Translations under genes and position numbers: made by a program
The notes under the pieces: model-generated
What the model was told of the DNA's origin: nothing
The model's input: the letters and a program-made list of their open reading frames with translations, nothing else
Databases searched by the model: none
Part shown: positions 1-9,523 of the stretch, one piece after another
Layout: each line of letters opens with the position of its first letter
Position numbering within the stretch: position 1 is the stretch's first letter
From: an uncultured Verrucomicrobiae bacterium
GTDB taxonomy: Bacteria; Verrucomicrobiota; Verrucomicrobiia; Chthoniobacterales; UBA10450
Direction: 5' to 3'
DNA length: 64,000 nt
NCBI GenBank assembly: GCA_963824205.1
Contig: CAWGOG010000004.1
Span: 149,934-213,933 of the forward strand

Positions 1-34
1 TAGCCCTCCCCTATACATCGGCCGTGACTGAGTC

Positions 35-2173
35 ATGAGCGACAAGCCGACATTTTTTTCCGAACTGAAACGGCGCAACGTTTACAAGGTCGCAGTGGCC
101 TACGCCGTCGTCTCGTGGCTGCTCATTCAAATCGCCACCCAGGTCTTTCCGTTCTTCGAGATCCCGAACTGGGCCGTTCGCCTGGTTGTGATTCTTTTGA
201 TCCTGGGCTTCCCGATCGCCTTGATTCTCTCCTGGGCCTTCGAAATCACCCCCGAAGGAATCAAACGCGAATCGGAAGTTTCCCCTAACGAATCGATCAC
301 CGCTCATACCGGGCGGAAACTGGTCGTCCTAACCGTGCTTCTGGCCGTCCTCGCCGCCGGGTTGTTCGCCTGGCAAATGATGCGTTCTAAAGGCGCAAGG
401 GCAGTCGAGGGTCGAGCTCCTGCGAGACCGCTTTCGGAAGACGGCGTCGCAGGAGCTCCGCCCTCCACGCCTCCCGGCGTCTCCGCACCCATCCCCGACA
501 AAAGCATCGCCGTCCTGCCATTCGACAACCTGAGCGACGATAAATCGAACGGCTATTTCGCCGAAGGCATCCAGGACGAGATCCTGACCCGGCTCTCCAA
601 GATCGCGGCGCTGAAAGTCATCTCGCGCACTTCCACCCAAAAATACAAAAGCGCCCCGGATAATTTGCGCGAAGTCGGCAAGCAACTCGGAGTGGCGAAC
701 GTTCTCGAAGGCAGCGTCCAAAAAATCGCCAACGCGGTGCACATCAATGTGCAGCTGATTCGCGTCGCGACGGACGAACACTCTGGGCGGAGAGTTACAA
801 TCGCAAACTCGACGACGTTTTCGGCGTGGAAGGCGAAGTGGCCGCCGCCATCGCCGATCAATTGAAGACCCAGCTGACCGGCGCGGAGCAAAAAGCGGTT
901 ACGAAAAGCCAACCCAAAACCCAGCGGCTTACGACGCCTACCTGCGCGGCCTGGCGATCGAGCATAACGAATACAGCTACAGGCCTCATACGACCGGGCC
1001 GCGCGGAGTCTACGCTGAGGCCGTGGCCAGCTGATCCGAACTTCGCCCTGGCCTGGGCGCGGCTGGCCGTCATGCGAAGCTTCCTGTATTTCAACATGGT
1101 TGATCGCGAGACACAACACTGCGGCAGCGGTGAAGGAAGGCGGCCGATCGCGCCATGGCGCTCGCACCCGAAGCCGGTGAATCGTGGATCTGCGCAGGGC
1201 GCATATCGTTACCGCATCTTGCGCGACTTCGAAGGCGCCGTTGCTTCCTACAAACAAGCGCAAACCCGATTGCCTAACAATGCCTACGTTTTGCAGAATC
1301 TGGCCTTTGTCTTGCGCCGGGTCGGGCGCTGGGACGAAGCCGAGGCAATCTTCAAGAAGGCCCTTGAGCTCGATCCGCGCGACGTCTCATTGCTGAGTAG
1401 CCTCGGCGGCGAGTTCTACAATTACCTTCGCCGCTTTGACGACGCGCGAAAGGCCCTGGACGCGGCCTTGGCCATCGCGCCCGACGCGCAAACTCCGCGC
1501 GCGAACAAGGCTGGCGTCTATCTCAGCGAAGGAAAGCTCGACGAAGCCGCCGCCATTATCCGGACAATTCCAGGGGACGCTGCCACGGAGGATTTTAGTC
1601 CTAAGCAACCAGACTCGGTCTGGCACTCTATCAGCGTGATTTCGATGCCGTCGTCGAGGCGATGAAGCAGAAGCTAAATGGGATCAAGGCGGGCGAGCCG
1701 CTCGATTCCATTGTCCTCGGCGGTCTTGTGCAAATGGGCTTTTGCCAGGAGTGGCTCGGTAAGCGTGACGATGCTCGGGAAACGTTTACTCGCGTGGTCA
1801 ATGCCATTAAACCGACGGCGGACACCGTCGTCGCGCCGGAGGCCAATGGAATTCCATCGACCCTCGCTTTCGCTTATGCCGGGCTCGGTGAGAAGGAGAA
1901 GGCTCTCGCGCAGGCGCACAAGGAGTGAAAGACTACGACACCGATGCCGTGAACAAACCCGCGGCGGAGATTTCCCTGGCGCAAATCCAGGCACTCTTCG
2001 GCGACCATGACGCCGCCATCGCGGCCTTGCCGCATCTGCTGCAAGTTCCAGCCGGCCTCACGATCTCGAACCTCAAGTTCGATCCATCCTGGGATCCCCT
2101 GCGAAAAGATCCGCGCTTCCAGAAGTTGGTGACCGAAGGCCCCTCGCCTTCGCCTAACAAATCGCAGCCATGA
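35..2173 (+). pseudogene. TolB-N-like/TPR membrane protein paralog (3-TM FFSELKRRNVYKVA head), disrupted by at least 3-4 frameshifts and an in-frame stop
   Basis: ORF fragments 35-865 (frame 2), 826-1665 (frame 1), 1662-1928 (frame 0) and 1925-2173 (frame 2) together recapitulate the paralog architecture. The N-terminus is MSDKPTFFSELKRRNVYKVAVAY plus 3 TM helices. The TolB-like motif KSIAVLPFDNLSDDKSNGYFAEGIQDEILTRLSKIAALKVISRTS follows, then TPR-like segments, and the C-terminus carries the family motif DPRFQKL. It ends in an ATGA overlap with the next gene. Confidence 0.6.
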
Positions 2174-4107
2174 GCGGAGACCGCCCCTTTTTCGCCGAAT
2201 TGAAGCGGCGAAACGTTTACAAGGTTGCGGTCGCGTACGGTGTCGTCGCCTGGCTCGTAGTCCAGGTTGCCACCCAGGTCTTCCCCTTCCTCGAGATTCC
2301 AAACTGGGCCGTTCGCCTTGTCATCGCACTGGTCGTGATCGGGTTTCCGATTGCGCTTGTGATCGCATGGGCCTTCGAAACCACACCGGAAGGACTCAAA
2401 CGAACCGAGACAGCCGACGCCATGCCGGCGACCGCCCGCCGCCAGAAGAAAACCTGGATCTACGTCGTCGTCATCGGCGGTGCAATCTCCGTCGCGCTTT
2501 TCTTCGCCGGCAGGTACACCGCATCTACCGCAGGCAACCAAACATCTCAAAACCCTAACGAGCCAACCACCAAGTCCATCGCGGTGCTGCCTTTTGTGAA
2601 CATGAGCGCGGACAAGGAAAACGAATTCTTCGCCGATGGGCTTTCCGAGGAAATTCTGAATTCGCTCGCCCGGATCGATGGGATGCGAGTGGTCGGCCGC
2701 ACTTCGTCGTTTCAGTTCAAGGGCAAGGCCGAGGATCTCCGCGCCATCGGCCAAAAACTGGGCGTCGCCAATGTGCTCGAAGGCAGCGTACGGCGTGAAG
2801 GCCAACGGGCCCGGATCACGGCGCAGCTCGTCCGTACATCCGATGGCATCCACTTATGGTCACAGACTTACGATCGCACGCTGACGGATACGCTGGCGGT
2901 GCAACTGGATATCGCCGAGCAGGTCGCCGGCGTGCTCAACGTAGTGCTGGACGACAAACAGCGGGACGCGATGCGTGCCGCCGGGGTAAAAAATGTCGAT
3001 GCCTTCATCGCCTATGAAAAAGGATTGAAGCTTTATGCCGATGCGCACAATCCGGCCAAAAGCCACAACGTCATCGATGGTCTGCGGGCCGCGAACAAAG
3101 AGTTCGATAGCGCCATTGCGCTGGACCCGGGGTTTTCCCAGGCTTATTTCGCCGCCGCGGATCTGTACGATCACATTATCCTGGCAGACGACCGGCCGGA
3201 CTCGGAACGTCGCGACGCCCAACAGCAGGTTTTGCATTACCTCGAGCTCTCGGCCGCTAATAGTCACGATGAACAGCAACGCCTCCTGACTCTGGCTGAC
3301 CGACAGTTGGTGGAAGACGACTGGCATGGCCTGCCGGCCCGGATCGACACCGCCTTGCGTGCGCCGGGATGCAGCGCACCAGACTGGTTACCGGTCTTTG
3401 CATGTATCTTTGGTTATGGCGATCTGATCGAAGATCTCGGAGCGCGTGTCAGCGTTTGTGATCCTCTCAATGCGGTCAATTTCAATACTCGCATTCGCGC
3501 TGCCTTGGCCGCGGGGAAACCGGAGCGGGCGCTCGCTATTCTGACGGCGGCCGAGAAGGCGAATAGCGGCACGCCGCCACATAGCGCTTATCGCGTTCAG
3601 GCCTTTCTCATGGCCGGACATGTGGACGAAGCCAGAACCGAATTGTCCAAGTTGGAGCCCACCGGCGAAAACTACTATCGGGCTCGACTCATGTTTGGCC
3701 TGGCGACAGGCGAGAGTGCCGCCAGCATCCATGCGGCCTTGCAAAGCGTCGATCGGAGCAAGTCCGTCTACAAAGTGTGGAAGATGAACGACATGATCGA
3801 GGCCGCGCTCATGGGCGATCGCGTAACCGCGAATCGCCTGGCCGGAGAAATCGACAAGCAACCTGGCGGCGGCCTGATCCTGGCGGTGATCGCTGCTGAC
3901 AGCTTGTGCGGCGCGCCCTTCGATCTTGAGGCGACACCTTATTTCAAGGCCAGGCTCGCCCAATCGGGTTTGCCCTGGCCGCCGATGCGGGCCCTCAAGC
4001 TTCCACCGCGCACCGCGGCATCCAATCCACTGCGCGGCGATCCACGCTTCGAAGCGCTGGCCGAGAAGATTATTCCGGCAGCAGAATTTCCCGCGCCTGC
4101 CAAATGA
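2170..4107 (+). CDS. TolB-N-like domain / TPR repeat membrane protein (3-TM anchor head), intact paralog
   Basis: The 645-aa ORF has the N-terminus MSGDRPFFAELKRRNVYKVAVAYGVVAWLVVQ and 3 predicted TM helices. It carries the TolB-like motif KSIAVLPFVNMSADKENEFFADG...VVGRTSS...LEGSVRR and a C-terminal helical/TPR-like region ending DPRFEAL. Its ATG overlaps the upstream stop as ATGA. Confidence 0.85.
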   Translation: MSGDRPFFAELKRRNVYKVAVAYGVVAWLVVQVATQVFPFLEIPNWAVRLVIALVVIGFPIALVIAWAFETTPEGLKRTETADAMPATARRQKKTWIYVVVIGGAISVALFFAGRYTASTAGNQTSQNPNEPTTKSIAVLPFVNMSADKENEFFADGLSEEILNSLARIDGMRVVGRTSSFQFKGKAEDLRAIGQKLGVANVLEGSVRREGQRARITAQLVRTSDGIHLWSQTYDRTLTDTLAVQLDIAEQVAGVLNVVLDDKQRDAMRAAGVKNVDAFIAYEKGLKLYADAHNPAKSHNVIDGLRAANKEFDSAIALDPGFSQAYFAAADLYDHIILADDRPDSERRDAQQQVLHYLELSAANSHDEQQRLLTLADRQLVEDDWHGLPARIDTALRAPGCSAPDWLPVFACIFGYGDLIEDLGARVSVCDPLNAVNFNTRIRAALAAGKPERALAILTAAEKANSGTPPHSAYRVQAFLMAGHVDEARTELSKLEPTGENYYRARLMFGLATGESAASIHAALQSVDRSKSVYKVWKMNDMIEAALMGDRVTANRLAGEIDKQPGGGLILAVIAADSLCGAPFDLEATPYFKARLAQSGLPWPPMRALKLPPRTAASNPLRGDPRFEALAEKIIPAAEFPAPAK

Positions 4108-5904
4108 AGAGCGATAACTTCTTCGCCGAGCTGAAGCGGCGCAATGTTTACAAGGTCGCGGTCGCCTACGCAGTCGTTGGCTGGCTGGTTGTCCAGGTGA
4201 GTTCGACGGTCCTGCCAACTTTTCATGCACCCGAGTGGGTCGTGCAGACGCTGGTGGTGATCGTTGCGATCGGGTTTCCCGTCGCCCTCGTCATCGCGTG
4301 GGCTTTTGAAGCGACGCCAGAAGGAATCAAGCGAACCGAGGTGGCAGACGCCATGCCGGAAACGGCACGATCAAAGAAGCACGCCTGGATTTATGTGGTG
4401 CTCATTGGCGCTGTTATTTCGGCGGCCGTCTTCTTTGCGGCCCGTGGCGGCAAACGAATGTCTTCGTCGGAAACAGTATCCGGCGGCGAACCGGCAGTGT
4501 CCCTGCCGGCGAAGTCGATCGCGGTATTGCCGCTTGATAATCTGAGCGAGGACAAGGCGAACGCCTATTTCGCAGAAGGTGTGCAGGACGAAATTCTCAC
4601 GCGTCTGGCCAAGGTGGCCGACCTGAAAGTCATCTCGCGCACATCGACGCAGCGATTCAAAAGCACGCCGACAGATTTGCGTGAGATCGCGAAGCAGCTT
4701 GGGGTCATGAACATTCTCGAAGGCAGCGTACAGAAGGCAAACGACCAGGTGCGGGTCAATGTTCAATTGATCAACGCCACTACCGATGCGCATCTCTGGG
4801 CGGAGATTTACGATCGCAAGCTGACGCGATATCTTCGCGGTCGAGAGCGACATCGCGAAAACTATCGCCGATACCTTACAGGCGAAACTGACCGGTTCAG
4901 AAAAGCAAATGATGGCCACGGCTCCGACTAACGACACGACGGCCTACGAGCTTTATCACAAAGGCAGATCGCTATGGGGAAAGCGGACGGGCGACAATAT
5001 TCCGAAAGCAATCGAATTCTACCAGCAGGCGATTTCGCACGATCCGAATTACGCGCTGGCTTACGCCGGTCTTTCGAGCGCATATATTCTGTCCCCCTTT
5101 TACGCTAACGCGAACCGGCTCGAGATGTCTGCGAAAGCGAAAGAGGCGGCCCTCAAAGCTCTCCAACTCGATCCAAATTTGGCCGAAGCGCACGCGGCAC
5201 TTGGAAAAGTGCTCTTCTTTGGCGAAATCGATCTGGCCGGAGCCGCGCGCGAATACAAGCGCGCGATCGAGCTCAAGCCGAACGACGCAGACGCCCACCA
5301 TTGGTTCAGTAACGACATTCTGGCGGCGCTGGGACGATTCGACGAGGCCATCGCCGAGGGCAGGCGCTCGGTTGAATTAGATCCGTTGTCGGTAGTCATA
5401 AACGCGGACCTGGGCGAGACGTTCTACTACGCCAAGCGCTACGACGAGTCAGTTACGCAATTGCGAAAGACGCTCGAGATCGATCCAACATCTTTCTACA
5501 CGCACTACAATCTCGGCATTGCTCTTCAGGCGAAGGGCGACCTGCCTGGTGCAATTGCCGAATACGAGAAAGCTAAGGAATTAGGCGATAACACGACTGT
5601 GTCGACGTTTTACGCCGCGGCCAAAGCGCAGGCTGGTGACAAGGAGGCCGGGCGGCGGATGTTGAGCGAGCTCGACAAAATAAGTCAGCAACGCGAGGTG
5701 GTTGGCTACTTGCGCGCTCTACTCTATCTCAGCTTGAACAATAAAGATGAAGCTCTGCGCTGGCTCGAACAGGGCATCAAGGAACGCGACGGCTCAAACA
5801 TCTGCTGGATCAATGTTGATCCCCTCCTCGCTTCGCTACACGGCGACCCGCGCTTCGAGACCCTTGTCCAAAAAGTGATCGCGCCAAAAACGGAAACGAA
5901 GTGA
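4104..5904 (+). pseudogene. TolB-N-like/TPR membrane protein paralog with a single +1 frameshift near 4824-4830 (possible sequencing error)
   Basis: ORF 4104-4931 has the MKSDNFFAELKRRNVYKVAVAY head, 3 TM helices and KSIAVLPLDNLSEDKANAYFAEGVQDEILTRLAKVADLKVISRTS. It continues in frame +1 as ORF 4909-5904, which holds TPR repeats and ends DPRFETL. Across the junction, the alternative frame reads DIFAVESDIAKTIADTLQAKLTGSEKQ, matching the other paralogs. A 1-nt insertion therefore explains the frameshift. Confidence 0.6.
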
Positions 5905-7751
5905 ACCCCGGCAATTTCTTTGCCGAGCTCAAACGGCGAAATGTTTACAAGGTCGCGGCCGCGTATCTGGTGGTCTCTTGGCTCCTGATCCAGGCGGCTT
6001 CGATTCTTTTTCCCACGTTCGATGCCCCCGCATCAGCGATGAAGATTCTGGTGGTCATCCTTGCAATCGGCTTTCCCATCGCGCTTGCCTTCTCCTGGGC
6101 CTTCGAGATCACCCCCGAAGGACTCAAGCTCGAATCGGACATCGATCCCAAGCAATCGATTGCGCAGCACACCGGAAAGAAGATTATTGGCCTAACGATC
6201 ACGCTGGCGGTCATCGCAGCTGGGCTCTTCGCCTACCGACTATTGCGGCCCCGTGACGCGGCTGTAGGGGAAGCTGTTAGCTTCCCGCCTAAACAAGATG
6301 GGAAGCTAACAGCTTCCCCTACAAACCGAGGTCTCGCGGGAGCTGCATCCTCCATCCCCGAAAAAAGCATCGCCGTTCTTCCGTTCGATAATCTCAGTCG
6401 CGACCCTGATAACGCCTATTTCAGCGAAGGCATTCAGGACGAAATTCTGACGCGACTGGCCAAGGTGACGGATCTCAAGGTGATCTCACGCACCTCGACT
6501 CAACGCTTCAAAAGCACCCCTAACGATCTTCCTCAGATTGCCCAGCAACTCGGCGTGGCCAACATTCTCGAAGGCAGCGTGCAGAAGGCGGGCGATCAAG
6601 TGCGCGTCAATGTTCAGCTGATTAAGGCAGCCACCGATGCGCATCTTTGGGCGGATACCTACGATCGGAAGCTGACCGACATTTTTGCAGTCGAAAGTGA
6701 AATTGCGCGGACCGTCGCAGAGACGCTCCAGGCCAAGCTTACCGGAGCGGCGCCGCAGGTATTGTCGTCGAAGCCGACGGAAAATCCGGAAGCACACGAG
6801 CTTTACCTCAAAGGGCGCCATTTCTGGAACCGCCGCAACGAGGCCGACATCAAGAAGGCTTTGCAATACTTCCAGGAAGCGGTGGCGAAAGATCCCTCGT
6901 ACGCCCTCGCCGTTGTTGGAGTGGCTGACTCTTATGCCATCCTGCCAAGCTACAGCAACGATCCGCCCAAGCCAGAGGTGGAACGGGCTTTGGCTGCAGC
7001 ACACAAGGCCATAGAGCTCGACGATTCACTGGCCGAGGCGCACACCGCTCTGGCGAACGCTCTCGGGGCCGACTTTCAGTTCGCGGCTTCGGAGGCCGAA
7101 TTCAAACGCGCCTTCGCCTTGAATCCTAACTACGCCTCGGCCCACCAGTGGTATGGCGAATGCCTTCAGTCGTTAGGTCGCTTCGATGAAGCTATCGCGG
7201 AGCTCCGCCACGCCCACGACCTCGATCCCCTTTCGATGATCATCAATGTCGTGCTCGCAGGCACGTATTACTCCGCGGGCCGGATGGACGAAGCCACTCA
7301 ACAACTCGCGCGCGCGATTGAGCTCGACCCGACCTTCACGGTCAATTATTGGTTGCGCGGCCAAATCGACGAAAGCCGCGGACAATTTGGCGAAGCTATT
7401 GCCGACTACAAGAAAGCCGCGATTTCTACTTCCCCTGAAGTAACCCAGGCACTGATTGCCTGCGCTTATGCCCGTTCAGGCGAGACCGCCAAAGCGCAAG
7501 AGATTTTGAAATGGTTGACTGCACGATCGCAGCAAACCTTTCTTCCCAGTTACTATATCGCCGAGGTTCACGCAATGCTCGGGAACAAGGACGAAGCCAT
7601 TCGCCTCCTCGAAAAAGCTTACGAAGAACGAAGCATCCCCGTGGGCGGCGCGGGCATTGGCGGCCCGATCACCGATCCTCGCTTCGATTCTCTTCGCGGC
7701 GACCCACGTTTCCAGAAACTGATTGCGAAATTTTCCGGCGAGGCAAAGTGA
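5901..7751 (+). CDS. TolB-N-like domain / TPR repeat membrane protein (3-TM anchor head), intact paralog; GTG start
   Basis: The 616-aa ORF has the head MNPGNFFAELKRRNVYKVAAAY and the motif KSIAVLPFDNLSRDPDNAYFSEGIQDEILTRLAKVTDLKVISRTS. TPR repeats follow, and the C-terminus ends DPRFQKLIAKF. Its GTG start overlaps the upstream stop as GTGA. The linker carries an in-frame REP-like palindrome pair at 6264-6324. Confidence 0.85.
   Translation: MNPGNFFAELKRRNVYKVAAAYLVVSWLLIQAASILFPTFDAPASAMKILVVILAIGFPIALAFSWAFEITPEGLKLESDIDPKQSIAQHTGKKIIGLTITLAVIAAGLFAYRLLRPRDAAVGEAVSFPPKQDGKLTASPTNRGLAGAASSIPEKSIAVLPFDNLSRDPDNAYFSEGIQDEILTRLAKVTDLKVISRTSTQRFKSTPNDLPQIAQQLGVANILEGSVQKAGDQVRVNVQLIKAATDAHLWADTYDRKLTDIFAVESEIARTVAETLQAKLTGAAPQVLSSKPTENPEAHELYLKGRHFWNRRNEADIKKALQYFQEAVAKDPSYALAVVGVADSYAILPSYSNDPPKPEVERALAAAHKAIELDDSLAEAHTALANALGADFQFAASEAEFKRAFALNPNYASAHQWYGECLQSLGRFDEAIAELRHAHDLDPLSMIINVVLAGTYYSAGRMDEATQQLARAIELDPTFTVNYWLRGQIDESRGQFGEAIADYKKAAISTSPEVTQALIACAYARSGETAKAQEILKWLTARSQQTFLPSYYIAEVHAMLGNKDEAIRLLEKAYEERSIPVGGAGIGGPITDPRFDSLRGDPRFQKLIAKFSGEAK
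6264..6324. repeat. Inverted pair of REP-like hairpin elements (tgtaggggaagctgttagcttccc / gggaagctaacagcttcccctaca) inside a coding sequence
   Basis: The two copies form a perfect 61-bp palindrome around a 13-nt spacer. Each copy is itself an 8-bp stem hairpin (GGGAAGCT-NNN-AGCTTCCC). The same core recurs at 56319-56368 and 56845-56870. Confidence 0.55.
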
Positions 7752-9523
7752 GAACCAACTTTTTCGCCGAGCTGAAACGCCGGAACGTCTACAAGGCGGC
7801 GGTGGCTTACGCCGTCGTTGCCTGGCTCATCGTCCAGGTCGCCACGCAGGTTTTTCCGTTCTTCGACGTGCCTAACTGGGCTATCAGGCTCGTGGTGATC
7901 CTTTTGGTTCTCGGATTTCCGGCAGCGATGATTTTTTCCTGGGCTTTCGAAATCACACCCGAAGGGATCAAGCGCGAGTCGGAAATAGACGCTAACGAGT
8001 CAATCGCGCCGAGAACGGGACAAAAACTTGTCGCGATGACGGTCGTCCTCGCTGTCATCGCCATCGGCTTGTTCATGTTCCAAAGGCTTCGCCAGACCAC
8101 GTCCGCAACGGCGCCAAACGCTCTTCCTGCGATCACCGCCAAGTCCATCGCCGTCCTGCCATTCGAGAATCTTAGCCGCGATCCCGACAACGCGTTTTTC
8201 GCCGACGGCGTCCAGGATGAAATCCTGACTCGCCTGGCGCGGATTGCCGATCTAAAAGTCATCTCGCGAACTTCGACCGAGAAATACCGCACCAAGCCGG
8301 ATAATCTGCGCGAGATCGCGCAGCAACTGGGCGTGACCAACATTCTCGAAGGCAGCGTCCAAAAAGCGGGGGACCAAGTGCGCATCACCGTGCAGCTGAT
8401 TAACGCCCTGACCGATTCACATCTGTGGGCCGACACCTTCGATCGCAAACTGCTCGATACGTTTGCGGTCGAAAGCGATGTCGCGCAAAAAATCGCCGCT
8501 TCGCTAGAAGCGAAACTGACCGGATCGGAAAAACGCGCGATCGCGGCCCGCCCGACAGAAAATTCGGAGGCCTATCAGCTTTTCCTCAAAGGCCGCTTCT
8601 TCTGGAACAAGCGGACCGGCTCCGACCTTCACACCGCGGCGAATTACTTCGAGCAGGCGATTGCCGCCGACGCCAATTTTGCCGGCGCCTACGCTGGATT
8701 GGCCGACGCGGACCTTCTCATCCCGGTATTCGGCGCAGGCGCCCCGCGCGAATTTTTCCCCAAAGCCATGGCCGCGGCACGTCGTGCAATCGAACTCGAC
8801 GACGCGTCTGCCGAAGGACACACCGCCCTTGCTCAACTGGTCATGTTCGATTTCAAATTTCCCGAATCAGAGCGTGAGTTTCGGCGCGCGATCGAACTGA
8901 ACCCCAATTACGCCACCGCTCATCACTGGCTGGGCAACAGCCTTTTGGTCACCCTTGGTCGCTTCGACGAAGCCGTCAAAGAGGGCCGGCGCGCCATGGA
9001 ATTGGATCCGCTTTCGCTCATCATTAATGCCGATCTCGGAAGCACCCTGCTGGTTGCGCGGCGATATGACGAGGCGATTGCTCAATTACAGCGAACACTC
9101 AAGCTGGACAGCAATTTCGCCTACGCCCACTGGAACCTTGGCGAAGCGCTTTATCTCAAAGGCGATCTTCCAGGCGCGATTGCAGAATACCAGCGCGCAG
9201 ACGCCCTCGATGACGATCCCGAAATCACAGCGTTGTTAGGCGCTGCCTATGCCAAGGCAGGACAACGGGACAAGGCGCTGGAGTGTCTCGAGAAACTCAA
9301 GCAAGTCGAAAAACAGCGATTCGTTCGCAACTATCTTTTCACCTTTCTCTATGCCGCTCTCGGCGACAACGCGACCGCCCTGAATTATCTCGAGAAGGCA
9401 GATAACGATGGCGAAACCCCCGATACGACATGGATGAAGGTGGATCCGCTTTTCGATTCCCTACGAGGCGAGCCGCGTTTCCAGAAACTGATCGCGAAAC
9501 TCTTTCCGGACACCGCTAAGTGA
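7748..9523 (+). CDS. TolB-N-like domain / TPR repeat membrane protein (3-TM anchor head), intact paralog; GTG start at 7748
   Basis: The long ORF 7511-9523 has a non-homologous, Arg-rich N-extension that overlaps the upstream gene. Homology to the paralogs begins at VRTNFFAELKRRNVYKAAVAY, which is encoded from GTG 7748 and overlaps the upstream TGA as GTGA. The protein carries KSIAVLPFENLSRDPDNAFFADGVQDEILTRLARIADLKVISRTS and TPR repeats, and ends DSLRGEPRFQKLIAKLF. Confidence 0.8.
   Translation: MRTNFFAELKRRNVYKAAVAYAVVAWLIVQVATQVFPFFDVPNWAIRLVVILLVLGFPAAMIFSWAFEITPEGIKRESEIDANESIAPRTGQKLVAMTVVLAVIAIGLFMFQRLRQTTSATAPNALPAITAKSIAVLPFENLSRDPDNAFFADGVQDEILTRLARIADLKVISRTSTEKYRTKPDNLREIAQQLGVTNILEGSVQKAGDQVRITVQLINALTDSHLWADTFDRKLLDTFAVESDVAQKIAASLEAKLTGSEKRAIAARPTENSEAYQLFLKGRFFWNKRTGSDLHTAANYFEQAIAADANFAGAYAGLADADLLIPVFGAGAPREFFPKAMAAARRAIELDDASAEGHTALAQLVMFDFKFPESEREFRRAIELNPNYATAHHWLGNSLLVTLGRFDEAVKEGRRAMELDPLSLIINADLGSTLLVARRYDEAIAQLQRTLKLDSNFAYAHWNLGEALYLKGDLPGAIAEYQRADALDDDPEITALLGAAYAKAGQRDKALECLEKLKQVEKQRFVRNYLFTFLYAALGDNATALNYLEKADNDGETPDTTWMKVDPLFDSLRGEPRFQKLIAKLFPDTAK

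Noticed and set aside
553-4230. Antisense ORFs inside the TolB/TPR paralogs (553-1263 -, 1933-2853 -, 3388-4230 -, 4371-4937 -, 6486-7004 -, 7807-8448 -)
   Set aside because: The translations are Arg/Ala-rich and low-complexity, as expected for the opposite strand of GC-rich genes. The plus-strand genes have clear conserved domains and paralogous support.
7511-7747. N-terminal extension of ORF 7511-9523 (MVDCTIAANLSS…RRGKV)
   Set aside because: The extension is Arg-rich and non-homologous, and it overlaps the 3' end of the upstream gene. Homology to the paralogs begins exactly at GTG 7748, which forms a GTGA overlap like the other junctions.
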